From assembly GCA_021399395.1 (NCBI GenBank), contig JAAFKJ010000004.1:1-23776 (forward strand): a stretch of 23,776 bases of DNA, written 5' to 3'. Numbering within the stretch: position 1 is the stretch's first letter; each line of letters starts with the position of its first letter. A model generated the notes under the pieces. It was not told where the DNA came from and searched no databases. It worked only from the letters and a program-made list of their open reading frames with translations. Position numbers and translations under genes: made by a program. This stretch comes from Candidatus Heimdallarchaeota archaeon. Its GTDB lineage: Archaea > Asgardarchaeota > Heimdallarchaeia > Heimdallarchaeales > Heimdallarchaeaceae. This document shows, piece after piece, positions 8,234-18,185 of the stretch.

Positions 8234-10198
8234 ATGGATAATCTCTTGGACAAAAAATTCTCAGAGATAGAAGAAAAATTCCTTACTGGTAAGATTAAGG
8301 AAGCACTTCAAGATATGGAATCCATTGACCAAAATGAAGAAAGTTCGTTTGAAGATAGAACAATATGTGATATTCTAAGAACTAAGCTCTACTTCTTTTA
8401 CCAACCATTTTCTCAAGCTATAAAATTTGGTGAAGAAGCTCTTAAAGGAAGTATGGATATTGGAAATGAATTATTGATTTTTGATGCAGCCTTTCATTAT
8501 GGAAGGGCTCTGTGTTTGATGGGAATAATTGATGTTGGTGCTGCAAAGCTTAAGCTAGCAGAGGAGACTCTTAACAAATTCCATGATAAAGAATCCTCTG
8601 AATTTCTTAGAAGAGAAGTGTGGTTATTAGGTCATTCCAAAGGTTGGAGAGACGGATTTGACTTCTTATTTGAGAGACTCACCCAAGCTTTAAGCATCGC
8701 TGAAAGCTTAGACGACGAATATTTACAAGTGAATATCTACTATGAATTAGCCTCCCTATATCAATGGTATGGAGACCATCGTAATTTCAAAAAATATCTG
8801 AATATTTGCCTAGAACTTGCTGAGAGATTTGGTTATCAGGAATATATTATGTGGAGCCTAATAGGCTTAGGTACTGTAGATCTCTACAAAGGTGATTTGG
8901 ACAAAGCTTTTGATTTCTTTATGGCGAGTCTTCCCATTGCTAATAAATTGGAATCATCCTATGCTCTGTCTTTTATTCTTGGAGATATTGGTTTAATTTA
9001 CTGGCATAAACAAGATGAAGATTCTGCATTGAACTTCTACAATAAGTGCATTAAAGGTCTTCAGAATTCAGACAATACTAAGCACCGTCAATATCCTTGG
9101 ATATTGTTTAGATCCATCCTAGTACTTTTGGAACAAGGAAGATATGATGAGGCTAAAGAACAACAAGAGATAATTACTTCTATTTCTGAATTACAGAGTT
9201 ACAGATCACAACATCTTAGCCACAAACTTGCGAGGTTAAGCGAAGCTATAATGTTAAAGAAAATATCACCAATTGATCATTTTCATGAGGTTACTAAATT
9301 GCTTGAGACAGTGGCATATGATTCTCTTATTCATGATGAGTTAAATAAAACTGCATTGTATCATTTATGTGATTCATATTTTAGACAGCTATTGTCATCT
9401 AATGATTTGAGGTTTCTAGTGAAAATCAATGAAAAAGTAAGGGATTTAGAAAATATGGCAAGAAAACAAGAATCTTCAGTCATTCTTGCTGAAGCACTTT
9501 TGTTTGAATCTCAAATTTCCTTACTCAATCTAGATATAACCGAAGCAAAATTGCTGCTAAATGATGCTCAAAGAATTGCTGAAGAAAAGGAAATCCACCG
9601 GCTAGCTAACTTGATTTCTAATGCCTATGATAACGTTCTTGATAATTTAGACCAATGGGAAACTGCATCGTCTCTTCTTCCAGATATCTCTGATAGAATG
9701 GAGATTACGCATATTGAAGAACTACTCCATAAATTGATTAGGAATAAGATTATTTATTCCAGCATTGTAAAGGAAGAAGAACAACCTAGTGCGTTTATTA
9801 TTCTCAATGAAGAAAATTCTCTTCTTTTTTTTGAAGTTTTGAATGACATATCCCTGGATGTTGAGGTGCTGGATGGAATTCTTCCGGAGATTCAGAATGT
9901 GGTAAATAAATATGATTGTGTGAATCCTGTATTTGAGCGTGTACGGTATAAGGGTTATACCATTATCGTAGATAAATACCGAACACTCACATTTTGCTAT
10001 ATATTTATTGGAAAATCATATTCTGCATGTGTAAAATTTCAGAAGTTAGTAAAGGAAGTGCAGAGTTCTTCCAATATCTGGAAAAATCTTCTTCCAAAAC
10101 TTGAAAATGGACACAAGTTAACAACTGAAGATTGTAATCAACTTACAGCGTATTTACATAACATCTATAAAAATGAAAAAAGGATTTGTGAAGACTAA
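8234..10198 (+). CDS. tetratricopeptide-repeat protein with putative C-terminal longin/roadblock-like domain
   Basis: Repeated TPR-like helices (e.g. LGTVDLYKGDLDKAFDFFMASL, IGLIYWHKQDEDSALNFYNKCI). C-terminal alpha/beta region (PSAFIILN...YTIIV...FCYIFIGKSY). ATG 8234 preferred over GTG 8201. Confidence 0.8.
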   Translation: MDNLLDKKFSEIEEKFLTGKIKEALQDMESIDQNEESSFEDRTICDILRTKLYFFYQPFSQAIKFGEEALKGSMDIGNELLIFDAAFHYGRALCLMGIIDVGAAKLKLAEETLNKFHDKESSEFLRREVWLLGHSKGWRDGFDFLFERLTQALSIAESLDDEYLQVNIYYELASLYQWYGDHRNFKKYLNICLELAERFGYQEYIMWSLIGLGTVDLYKGDLDKAFDFFMASLPIANKLESSYALSFILGDIGLIYWHKQDEDSALNFYNKCIKGLQNSDNTKHRQYPWILFRSILVLLEQGRYDEAKEQQEIITSISELQSYRSQHLSHKLARLSEAIMLKKISPIDHFHEVTKLLETVAYDSLIHDELNKTALYHLCDSYFRQLLSSNDLRFLVKINEKVRDLENMARKQESSVILAEALLFESQISLLNLDITEAKLLLNDAQRIAEEKEIHRLANLISNAYDNVLDNLDQWETASSLLPDISDRMEITHIEELLHKLIRNKIIYSSIVKEEEQPSAFIILNEENSLLFFEVLNDISLDVEVLDGILPEIQNVVNKYDCVNPVFERVRYKGYTIIVDKYRTLTFCYIFIGKSYSACVKFQKLVKEVQSSSNIWKNLLPKLENGHKLTTEDCNQLTAYLHNIYKNEKRICED

Positions 10199-10779
10199 TA
10201 AGTTTCACAAAGCAGTTCAAAGTAATTATGTGGATGACTACAGCATGGACATGTGTGTGGGGGTTCTTCACCTTCATGGACATAGCCACATTTTCTGCAG
10301 ACCCATCTCTTCTTTTCAGATTTTTTGAAGACGGTACCTGCTTCCACTTGCTCAAGAAGTTTTATGTAACGTTCTTCATGATGAACTTCAGCTTTACCGA
10401 TTGCTCTCAATCTTTCTGCAATTTTAGGATGACCTTCCTTCTCTGCAATGTCTGCAAATTCAGGATACATGATCGAATATTCATAATGTTCCCCTGCGAT
10501 TGCTGCTTTCAGATTTGCAATTGTATCATCTAATACTAGTGGCGCTTCTGCATCAACATGAATTGCTTCTTCTTCAAAACCAAGTTTCTTTTTTAATTGC
10601 TTAAGCATTTGAAAATTCCATTTTGCATGTTCTCTTTCATTATCTGCTGTGACAAGAAAGATGTCAGCAATTTGCTCATATCCCTCTTTCTTAGCAACCT
10701 TAGAGTACATTTGATAACGGTTTCTTGCTTGGCTTTCACCAATGAATGCTTTTGCTAAATTTTTCATAGTTTCACTCAT
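10195..10779 (-). CDS. rbr: rubrerythrin
   Basis: GESQARNRY, NEREHA, GEHYE and AEVHHE di-iron ligands, plus a C-terminal rubredoxin domain CRKC...CPCC. Confidence 0.95.
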   Translation of the reverse strand: MSETMKNLAKAFIGESQARNRYQMYSKVAKKEGYEQIADIFLVTADNEREHAKWNFQMLKQLKKKLGFEEEAIHVDAEAPLVLDDTIANLKAAIAGEHYEYSIMYPEFADIAEKEGHPKIAERLRAIGKAEVHHEERYIKLLEQVEAGTVFKKSEKKRWVCRKCGYVHEGEEPPHTCPCCSHPHNYFELLCETY

Positions 10780-10887
10780 AATATTCCTCTCCTTCTGAGA
10801 TAAATCTAGTGTGTTAGATATCTAGAAAATGATTGATTTAAATTAGTTTTGCTCATTAACTTTTGTACGAATGCTAAACAGAATATT

Positions 10888-11820
10888 TCAAGAGTCAAGT
10901 TGATTTTTTAACCAACAACCTCTGCAAAAGTCACTTGTAGTTGCTTCTCCACAGTTGTTACACTCTCTTAGTTCTTTCTTAGGTGGTACTGTTTGCATCA
11001 TCTTGAGTAGTTTTTCATGACCTCTGAGAATATTAAAGGAAAGCATGGGTTGCTTTTCTTGTGTCTTAAATATGAATTCTCTGACATCTCCTCTATACGC
11101 TTCCACAGCGTAGGGACATTGAATTTCTTGGTATTCAAGGTCGTTAAGGTAACAATACATTACAATTTCTGCTTGGGGAGAGTTCCTGAATGGCTTTGCC
11201 CTAGGAACTAAACTGGTGTGAATCTTTCGAGGTTTAGGATCCAATCTAGATAATCTTTGTATATCTCCTCTAATTATATTTAGAAGGACGGTTTCAGCTT
11301 CATCTTCAAGATTATGTCCAGTAAGCAATATGTCTGCACCTACGTCTTGCGCTGCTTGATTCAAAATCTTTCTTCGCAAAATTCCACAATAAGAACAAGC
11401 ACCGAATTCCCTGCTCTTTCCTCTCTCCCCTAGTTTACTTATAATCTCATCAAGATCATACCCAAAATCAGATTTAAAAGAATAAATGTGATGTTCAATA
11501 TTGAGTTTCTGAATATTCTTTTTTGCGTATAGCATCCCTTCTTCCCTATATCCCTCAATTCCTTCATCTATTGTAATTGCAACTATCTCGCTTTCAGGAA
11601 ATTCAGACTCTATCTTGGTTAGTATATTTAGAAGTGCTATACTATCTTTACCACCCGAAACACCAACAGCTACTCGATCATCTCTCTTAAGCATCTTATG
11701 TTTAGTAATTGTTCGTTGGGTTCGTTTTACCATTTGTTCGTTAAAGTGTTTAATACACAATGCCGTTTTATCATACTGACGAACATATACAACTTGATCT
11801 CCACAGAACGCACATTTCAT
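10888..11820 (-). CDS. ncsA: tRNA 2-thiolation enzyme, NcsA/Ctu1/TtuA (TIGR00269-like) family
   Basis: N-terminal Zn finger (CAFC...CxxHF), PP-loop SGGKDS, CSYCG, GHNLEDEAET, CPY, C-terminal CNNC...CRGC. Confidence 0.88.
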   Translation of the reverse strand: MKCAFCGDQVVYVRQYDKTALCIKHFNEQMVKRTQRTITKHKMLKRDDRVAVGVSGGKDSIALLNILTKIESEFPESEIVAITIDEGIEGYREEGMLYAKKNIQKLNIEHHIYSFKSDFGYDLDEIISKLGERGKSREFGACSYCGILRRKILNQAAQDVGADILLTGHNLEDEAETVLLNIIRGDIQRLSRLDPKPRKIHTSLVPRAKPFRNSPQAEIVMYCYLNDLEYQEIQCPYAVEAYRGDVREFIFKTQEKQPMLSFNILRGHEKLLKMMQTVPPKKELRECNNCGEATTSDFCRGCWLKNQLDS

Positions 11821-11829
11821 TTTTTAACC

Positions 11830-13020
11830 TCATAATAACATTGGTAGTACAATATTTATAACTAAAATCAAGAGAGATACAATCCTGATTCCATTCAAGA
11901 TTTTCTTATACTTGGATTCTTCTGAAACTTTCTTCTTCAAATAAATCTGAAGAATCTTATCCCCATCTGTCATAACCAATGGTAACATATTTAGAAAAAC
12001 AGCCATAAGACTGATATTCAATGTATATGTTATCTGTAAGTCCCAGTAATAGGGAAACCAAATAGTTTGCCATGATGCTTTTGGCGGATAATAATTGTAG
12101 ATATTTACTCCAAGATAGATGTTTGATGAACTAGTTGTATTCGAGCTAGGATTAATTTTCGTGGGAATTATTGTAATGTTTGAACTATCTAATAAAGTAA
12201 TATAGAATGGGTCAGCTTCCAGATTCGTTAGCATAATCGTATTATAATCACTTACACTCAAAGCAGGACTATAAACGATCTCACCTAAGGAATCATTATA
12301 CTTTCCAATACTTACTATTACATCTCCAACTTCAATTCCAACTGTATCAGCAGGATAATCATCATAGATGTTTGTTATTAGAACTCCATCAGAAGGACCA
12401 TAACCTATTGAAACAATTGCGGGGGTTAAGAAAAATAGAGCTACAAAGAATAAAGAGAAAACAGCATTAATTGCTGATCCATTAAGAAGCACCTTAATTT
12501 TACTTTTGTCTTCTGCTTTTTCCAATGAATCTTGCAGAAGTTCAACAAACCCCCCAAAGAAAACCAAAACAAGAAAAACACCAGAAGATTTGATTTCAAT
12601 ACCTTCTCTTCTAGCCATAACTGCATGTGCAATCTCATGAGGAATTAACACGACTAATATTGGCAAAATAAAGAGGAGTGCTATCTTGAAATCAATGGTT
12701 ACACCAGGAATAATTAATTGAATTCCTATACTGCCTGGTGAATTAAATAAAATTAGAAAAGGATTAACTATGAAAAACCCTAGTAATCCTATTGATATAA
12801 TACCTGTAAGGATCTTTCCAGTATCATACATGAACTTCCAAAATCGTTTTCCTTTATCTCCCATCTTTTCAAGTATTTTATTGAAGAATTTAGTTCGAAA
12901 AATTATTCCTATGGGAATTATATAAATTCCGTATTTCTGAAGATTCAACATATTGCCTATGAAAGATAGAATTAATAGACCCATCAACACAATTAGTATG
13001 ATTTGGAAAGTTGTTAGCAT
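11830..13020 (-). CDS. site-2 protease (peptidase M50) with PDZ-like domain
   Basis: HEIAH zinc motif in a TM segment, NMLPLVMTDG motif, PDZ-like PADTVGIEVGDVIVSI. Confidence 0.92.
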   Translation of the reverse strand: MLTTFQIILIVLMGLLILSFIGNMLNLQKYGIYIIPIGIIFRTKFFNKILEKMGDKGKRFWKFMYDTGKILTGIISIGLLGFFIVNPFLILFNSPGSIGIQLIIPGVTIDFKIALLFILPILVVLIPHEIAHAVMARREGIEIKSSGVFLVLVFFGGFVELLQDSLEKAEDKSKIKVLLNGSAINAVFSLFFVALFFLTPAIVSIGYGPSDGVLITNIYDDYPADTVGIEVGDVIVSIGKYNDSLGEIVYSPALSVSDYNTIMLTNLEADPFYITLLDSSNITIIPTKINPSSNTTSSSNIYLGVNIYNYYPPKASWQTIWFPYYWDLQITYTLNISLMAVFLNMLPLVMTDGDKILQIYLKKKVSEESKYKKILNGIRIVSLLILVINIVLPMLL

Positions 13021-13136
13021 CAGTTACTCTGTTGCTTATTCTGATATATGTCTTTAAAAAACTGCTTTTTCGATTCAAATCTTTACTTGTGTCTAAAAAC
13101 TGATTCTTTTTATTACCAGAAGATAATTTTTGAAAA

Positions 13137-14237
13137 ATGAATAGAATCTCAAAATGGCATGACAATTATGTTGTTGGAATCCCAAGTGAAGGGTGTAGAC
13201 TATGTTCGCTGGGTTCAAAGATGGTTCTATTTATAACTGGAATGTGCGACTCTAACTGTTTCTATTGCCCAATCATGAAAGAAAAGAGAAATGACGTAAT
13301 CTATGCTAATGAACAACAAATAGAAACTATTGATCAAGCTATCAAGGAAGCACATATGATTTCAGCTCTAGGGGTTGGTATAACAGGAGGTGACCCCTCT
13401 CTAACATTAGATAGGGTTGTAGAATATATCTTATCATTAAAGAAAGAATTTGGTGAAGAATTTCATTGTCATCTCTACACTTCTCATTCACTAACAAACG
13501 AGCAATTCAAACAGTTATTTGACGCTGGTCTTGATGAAATAAGATTTCATCCCCCTTCATTGATTCTCACAGATAGAATTCAAAAAGCAATAATCACCGC
13601 TAAAACATATGATTGGCAAGTTGGTATTGAAATCCCAGTAATTCCAGATAAACACGATAAGATAATTCGGATTATAGATTTCGCAATTGAGTCAAATCTG
13701 AGCTTTGTGAATCTTAACGAATTTGAAATTACAGAAGCAAATATTGAGAAATTGAATAGTTTGGGGTATAAGGTAAAAACAGAAATTAGTGCAGCTGTTG
13801 AGGGGAGTGAATCTCTAGCAAAAGAACTACTTAAGAAATTCAAGAAATCTCCAATAACTCTACACTATTGTTCAGCAAGATATAAAGATGGAGTGCAGTT
13901 AAAAAACAGATTGATTAGAAGAGCAGAGAATTATGCTAAAGAATTTGATGAGATAACTGCAGAAGGTTTGGTTGTAAGAGGGCGAATAATTTTGAGAGAA
14001 GAAGGAATTATCTCAGAAATCATCTCAGATCTTCAAACTGCTTTTGAAATAGAATCTAATAAAATTGGGGTTGATACGGACAATACTATCATCTTTGTGC
14101 ATTGGATCACTGCTAAAGAAATAAGTGAATTTTTGGCTGAGAAATATAAGGATAAGATCATTAGTATTGATATTATCCACCAATATCCTCTTCAAAATGG
14201 CATCATTACATACCTAGAACCTTTGTATGAATCTTAA
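13137..14237 (+). CDS. radical SAM protein, uncharacterized archaeal family (COG2108-like)
   Basis: GCRLC...LFITGMCDSNCFYCP (CxxxCxxC), ITGGDP, HLYT, LDEIRFHP, FVNLNEFE, HYCS. Confidence 0.88.
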   Translation: MNRISKWHDNYVVGIPSEGCRLCSLGSKMVLFITGMCDSNCFYCPIMKEKRNDVIYANEQQIETIDQAIKEAHMISALGVGITGGDPSLTLDRVVEYILSLKKEFGEEFHCHLYTSHSLTNEQFKQLFDAGLDEIRFHPPSLILTDRIQKAIITAKTYDWQVGIEIPVIPDKHDKIIRIIDFAIESNLSFVNLNEFEITEANIEKLNSLGYKVKTEISAAVEGSESLAKELLKKFKKSPITLHYCSARYKDGVQLKNRLIRRAENYAKEFDEITAEGLVVRGRIILREEGIISEIISDLQTAFEIESNKIGVDTDNTIIFVHWITAKEISEFLAEKYKDKIISIDIIHQYPLQNGIITYLEPLYES

Positions 14238-15325
14238 CTATCATGAAGAGGATAGCGAAGAAGAGCCGCAATGCCTCCTAAACTAGCTAATTGCTCTCCA
14301 GATTCATGGTGTATTGACATCATTACTGTTTTCCCTCTCATCCTAGAGTTTTCATCAACTAAACTGTCAATCATAGCTCTCTTCTCTAAATCTTCTACAC
14401 TAATTTGATTATCACTAATAAGTAAAACCTCAATTGCACCCATTTCAAGAGCTCTTTTTACTCTTTCTAGTCCGTATGTAACTGTGCCTGTTTCTTGGCC
14501 CAATCTTTTGAAAATTTCTTCAACCAATCTTGTTTCATAGACAACTCTTTGTTCATTAGCAATTTTTTCAGGTAATTTCTTTGAAAGGACTTCCTTTAAT
14601 CCGACTCTACCTCCCGTGCTCACATGAACACGATTAATTTTCTCTGTAAGTAGTGGGTCTCGATTCTTTATGAATTCATAGAAATTCTCTGGTGTAAATC
14701 CAGGACCTGCTAAAATAATAAGCTCGGTGGAATATTGTTTGACTGTGTCTTGAATTAACTGTAAAACATCAACAAAGAAGGTTCCCATTTCACTTGTGTG
14801 TTGCTGAATATCACTGAATTTTCTTGTTACGGCTGAACTGAACTCTGAAATGATCTTTATCGAAAACTGTGTTACTAAAGCGATACAAACACTATTATCT
14901 TCAATAGTCACTATTAGGATTTTCGCTAACATTGAAGCTTCTTCAACGTCATCAACGACCTTTTTTTCCATAGGTGTCCAATTGAGTTTTTGAATCCTGA
15001 TTTTTTCCATAAGGGATAAAGAGATAGTATGATATGTACCTAATGAGACTAAATCGTCTGGACCAGCCAATATCTTTCCTTTGAATCTTAAATTATCACC
15101 AAAACCATGAAATGCTAGCTCCTCTATCTCAACTTCAAGTGTCATTTTTATTCGCTCCCCTGCATCAGCTCTACCGTCATCTTCTTTTTTTCTGATTCTT
15201 CTTGAAGTTGCAGCTCTTACTATATCTCCTGCTTTCAGGATACGGTAAATAGCATATAAATCATCAATGTTTTCAGGGATGAGCTCAAGTATTCCATTTT
15301 TGTAATCTTTTTTGAGGATCTTCAT
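14234..15325 (-). CDS. pelA: mRNA surveillance / ribosome rescue protein Pelota (Dom34)
   Basis: PENIDDLY, GTYHT, AGPGF, YGLERVKRALEMGAIEVLLISD, GEQLASLGGIAALLRY. No GGQ/NIKS, so not aRF1. Confidence 0.95.
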   Translation of the reverse strand: MKILKKDYKNGILELIPENIDDLYAIYRILKAGDIVRAATSRRIRKKEDDGRADAGERIKMTLEVEIEELAFHGFGDNLRFKGKILAGPDDLVSLGTYHTISLSLMEKIRIQKLNWTPMEKKVVDDVEEASMLAKILIVTIEDNSVCIALVTQFSIKIISEFSSAVTRKFSDIQQHTSEMGTFFVDVLQLIQDTVKQYSTELIILAGPGFTPENFYEFIKNRDPLLTEKINRVHVSTGGRVGLKEVLSKKLPEKIANEQRVVYETRLVEEIFKRLGQETGTVTYGLERVKRALEMGAIEVLLISDNQISVEDLEKRAMIDSLVDENSRMRGKTVMMSIHHESGEQLASLGGIAALLRYPLHDS

Positions 15326-15370
15326 TTCAATCTCAGCTTCAACTTATGTATGAATAGAATTGTAAATTTC

Positions 15371-15817
15371 TTACTTTTGACCTTTGCGTTCTTTTTCATT
15401 TATCAATGTATAAAAATCAACACCTCGGTTCTTTAAATCATCAATTGCTACTCTATAACTTCCTCCCTTACTTTGAGTTAAGGAGTCTGGTACTGAGAGG
15501 AATAGATAATCCATGCGTTTTCCTACAAATTTCACAACTACATAGGATTGCGCACCTATTCTATCCGCAAACAATTGTAAACCTTCTATCTGTTCCTTTT
15601 GTATATAGAAAACGTCCTGACGACTAGTCTTGATTTCTAAAGCTAATAACATGCCTTTCTTTGCAGAACCTGCTAAAACATCAGGTCTAGGCATCTTGCT
15701 TGTTCCAGAAGAAGAAGGTGCTCTCATAACTGCAAACCCATAATCCCAAAAACGGTTAACCAAAGTTCTTTCATAATCTGTTGCTCTTTTTTTACTCAAA
15801 CCAGTCATCTCAGACAA
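15371..15817 (-). CDS. hjc: archaeal Holliday junction resolvase Hjc
   Basis: YERTLV...GFAVMRAPSSSG...PDVLAG...ALEIK PD-(D/E)xK motif. Start is TTG 15817 or ATG 15808. Confidence 0.92.
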   Translation of the reverse strand: MSEMTGLSKKRATDYERTLVNRFWDYGFAVMRAPSSSGTSKMPRPDVLAGSAKKGMLLALEIKTSRQDVFYIQKEQIEGLQLFADRIGAQSYVVVKFVGKRMDYLFLSVPDSLTQSKGGSYRVAIDDLKNRGVDFYTLINEKERKGQK

Positions 15818-15980
15818 TACTAGATTATTTGTATAGAACTTTCTTCGTTATAAAAAGTTGCTTTTCAAAAAAAGGTTATTTAGAAAAATAGAAATATTAA
15901 TCGAAAATTAAGAAATTGAAGCTACAAAAGAGTGTTTGAGAAAATAACTAAACCGATAACCAAATCTCACAGTGAGTTTT

Positions 15981-16430
15981 ATGAGTAAAAATCATCCAAA
16001 AATCATGCCAATGAAAGAAGAAGATATAACTAAAGTCTTTGATGTGGAAAGAAAATGTTTTCCATATCCATTTGGTGAAACCTTAATTGGAAATATTTTC
16101 TTTGGAGCTCCTGAACTTTGTTTAGTAGTAAAATCTGGGGACGGGATAATTGGTTTTGTACTAGGGGGTTATACTGCTACTCTAGGTCAAGTCCATATTC
16201 TCTCTGTAGCTATATTGGAAGATTATAGACACCAAGGGTTGGGCAAAGAGTTGTTAGAGCACTTCGTAAAGAGGACTGAAATTCTTGGTTATGACAGTAT
16301 CAAATTGGAAGTAAGTGTAGATAATAACAAAATTATTCAGCTCTATGAAAGTTTAGGATTCGCAACAATTTCTAGAATACGTAAATACTATCAAGATAAT
16401 TCTGATGCATTTTTAATGGTTAGAAAATAG
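15981..16430 (+). CDS. rimI: RimI/Ard1-like GNAT N-acetyltransferase
   Basis: HILSVAILEDYRHQGLGKELL acetyl-CoA motif, LEVSVDN, LYESLGF, KYYQDNSDAFLM. Alternative GTG start at 15972. Confidence 0.85.
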   Translation: MSKNHPKIMPMKEEDITKVFDVERKCFPYPFGETLIGNIFFGAPELCLVVKSGDGIIGFVLGGYTATLGQVHILSVAILEDYRHQGLGKELLEHFVKRTEILGYDSIKLEVSVDNNKIIQLYESLGFATISRIRKYYQDNSDAFLMVRK

Positions 16431-17675
16431 TTAGTGTTTCATTATCTCTCTTAGTAATTCAGTTGCATATGACCCTTTTCTTAATTCAAATGAAATTCTG
16501 GCTTTGTTTTTACCTTCATTGAATTCATCAGGAAATACATCTATCAGTTTTAGTTTTTCTGGTCTCATTCTTATTGGTCTTAAAGTACCAGTCCCTCCTA
16601 ATTTTCTTGATAAGGGTTTTGAGAAATCGTTTATTGACACAGTTTCATCTTCTAAAATACGTTCATAAATCTCTTTTACCTTCCCCGTTAACTGTACTTT
16701 GCTTCCAATCATGGGCGCATACACTTCATCATTACCTATTCTCTCTCCTTCAACTGGAATCAATAAATCATTACTATACTCTGTATATCTGATAGTTAGA
16801 TACTTGTTAAAAAGATATGATTGATATGCATGAATGAATAGTTTACGTAATTGACCTGGTAATGAGAAAAATACTTGTTCATAGTCATTTTTTGTCCTTA
16901 GAAGTCCAGTAAGGAGTTGTCTTTCAATCTGTAAATAGTTTGGGAGTTTTTTTAGTGATTCTTGTATGTCTTCATTTTCCCAGTATATTTTGCGGGATTG
17001 GATAGCACTTTTGGTTTCCTTTTCAAAAGTTCTACCAACATATTCTCTAATTGCAGCTTTGAAGTCCCCAAGAAGAAGTTTCTCTCCCACTAGGTGTGTT
17101 ATTGGTCTTACATCGCCAAAACGTTGGAGACCAAACCCATTAAGAAGTGTACCACTACTTTCAATTTCTCTGAATTTCTCCTTTATTCTGCCTCTTATTG
17201 TATCTTTATCCAGAGGAATGTTTCTAATCGTAATCTCAAAAAAATTCCCCCATAAATTTCCTAATCTTAGTTCTTTTAATTGAAGGCATAAAGATTTTGT
17301 TTTTATTTTAGGGGTGTTAATTTCTTGAATTTTACCTTTTTCTAGCTGTTCTTTAATCCCCCATACTGAAACTCTCTGTGCGGTTAGAGCTTTCTTATCT
17401 TTTGAACCAGCTATTCCTATATTTTTTCTAGGAATCCCCCAAATCTTTGCAATCCAATCTAAAGCAGCAGATGTATCAATATTATTCTTGATTAAAACAA
17501 AATGAGTGAAAAGTCCTTTCTTTCCTTCTAATTTGAAGTTTTCTCCCCTTGGATCTAAAATTTCAAAATCTTGTGAGATTTCTCCCACTATGAAATCTTC
17601 AGGTTTTTGTTTGATGACCCCTCTGATTCCTTTGGTTTTTGTGATGACAGGAGTTAATAAGGAACTTGAGGACAT
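16431..17675 (-). CDS. truD: tRNA pseudouridine(13) synthase TruD
   Basis: PEDFIV, AGSKDKKALTAQ (catalytic Asp), GNLWGNFF, FGLQRFG, HAYQSYLFN, FELRKGSYATELLRE. Confidence 0.96.
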   Translation of the reverse strand: MSSSSLLTPVITKTKGIRGVIKQKPEDFIVGEISQDFEILDPRGENFKLEGKKGLFTHFVLIKNNIDTSAALDWIAKIWGIPRKNIGIAGSKDKKALTAQRVSVWGIKEQLEKGKIQEINTPKIKTKSLCLQLKELRLGNLWGNFFEITIRNIPLDKDTIRGRIKEKFREIESSGTLLNGFGLQRFGDVRPITHLVGEKLLLGDFKAAIREYVGRTFEKETKSAIQSRKIYWENEDIQESLKKLPNYLQIERQLLTGLLRTKNDYEQVFFSLPGQLRKLFIHAYQSYLFNKYLTIRYTEYSNDLLIPVEGERIGNDEVYAPMIGSKVQLTGKVKEIYERILEDETVSINDFSKPLSRKLGGTGTLRPIRMRPEKLKLIDVFPDEFNEGKNKARISFELRKGSYATELLREIMKH

Positions 17676-17694
17676 TTTAGAACCCTACTTCTGA

Positions 17695-18054
17695 TTACAA
17701 TAATGGTAAACTTTCTGAAACCTTATCTATGAGCTCTTCACGTGAAGGACCTATTCCAATTACTGTTGTTGTTCCAGGGGGGAGTTGTGTTAATCCTGCA
17801 TCATTGATGATCGCATAAGGAATATCTGCTTTTCTAGCTGCTTCTGCTAATTCATGAATTTCTTTTTCAGAGCTAATTTTGACTGTAATCTTCTTCTGAC
17901 CCTCAGAAAACCAATTATCTGCCCAATCAGGATAATATTTCTTTGTTTTTACATAAGCTGAAACGGATCCATGAGCTGTTTGAACCGCAATTTTGCCTTT
18001 GGACATTTTCAAATCCGTACGAACAGCAATCACTTGCTTATATTTGAAGCGCAT
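17695..18054 (-). CDS. pth2: peptidyl-tRNA hydrolase 2
   Basis: KQVIAVRTDLKMSKGKIAVQTAH, GQKKI, DAGLTQ, GTTTVIGIGP. ATG 18054 preferred over TTG 18069. Confidence 0.96.
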   Translation of the reverse strand: MRFKYKQVIAVRTDLKMSKGKIAVQTAHGSVSAYVKTKKYYPDWADNWFSEGQKKITVKISSEKEIHELAEAARKADIPYAIINDAGLTQLPPGTTTVIGIGPSREELIDKVSESLPLL

Positions 18055-18185
18055 ACAGACATATTTCAAAACTTAGCTATAAAATAATAACGATAAGATG
18101 GAACAAATTAATCAAAACCAATACTTCTCATGGTTATTCTTCCTAATATCATCTATTAACATGAATTTTTTGAGTATGTAGTGTT

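Noticed and set aside
18070-18185. Possible C/D-box sRNA upstream of pth2 (minus strand ATGATA...TTGA)
   Set aside because: Both boxes mismatch the RUGAUGA/CUGA consensus and no terminal stem is evident.
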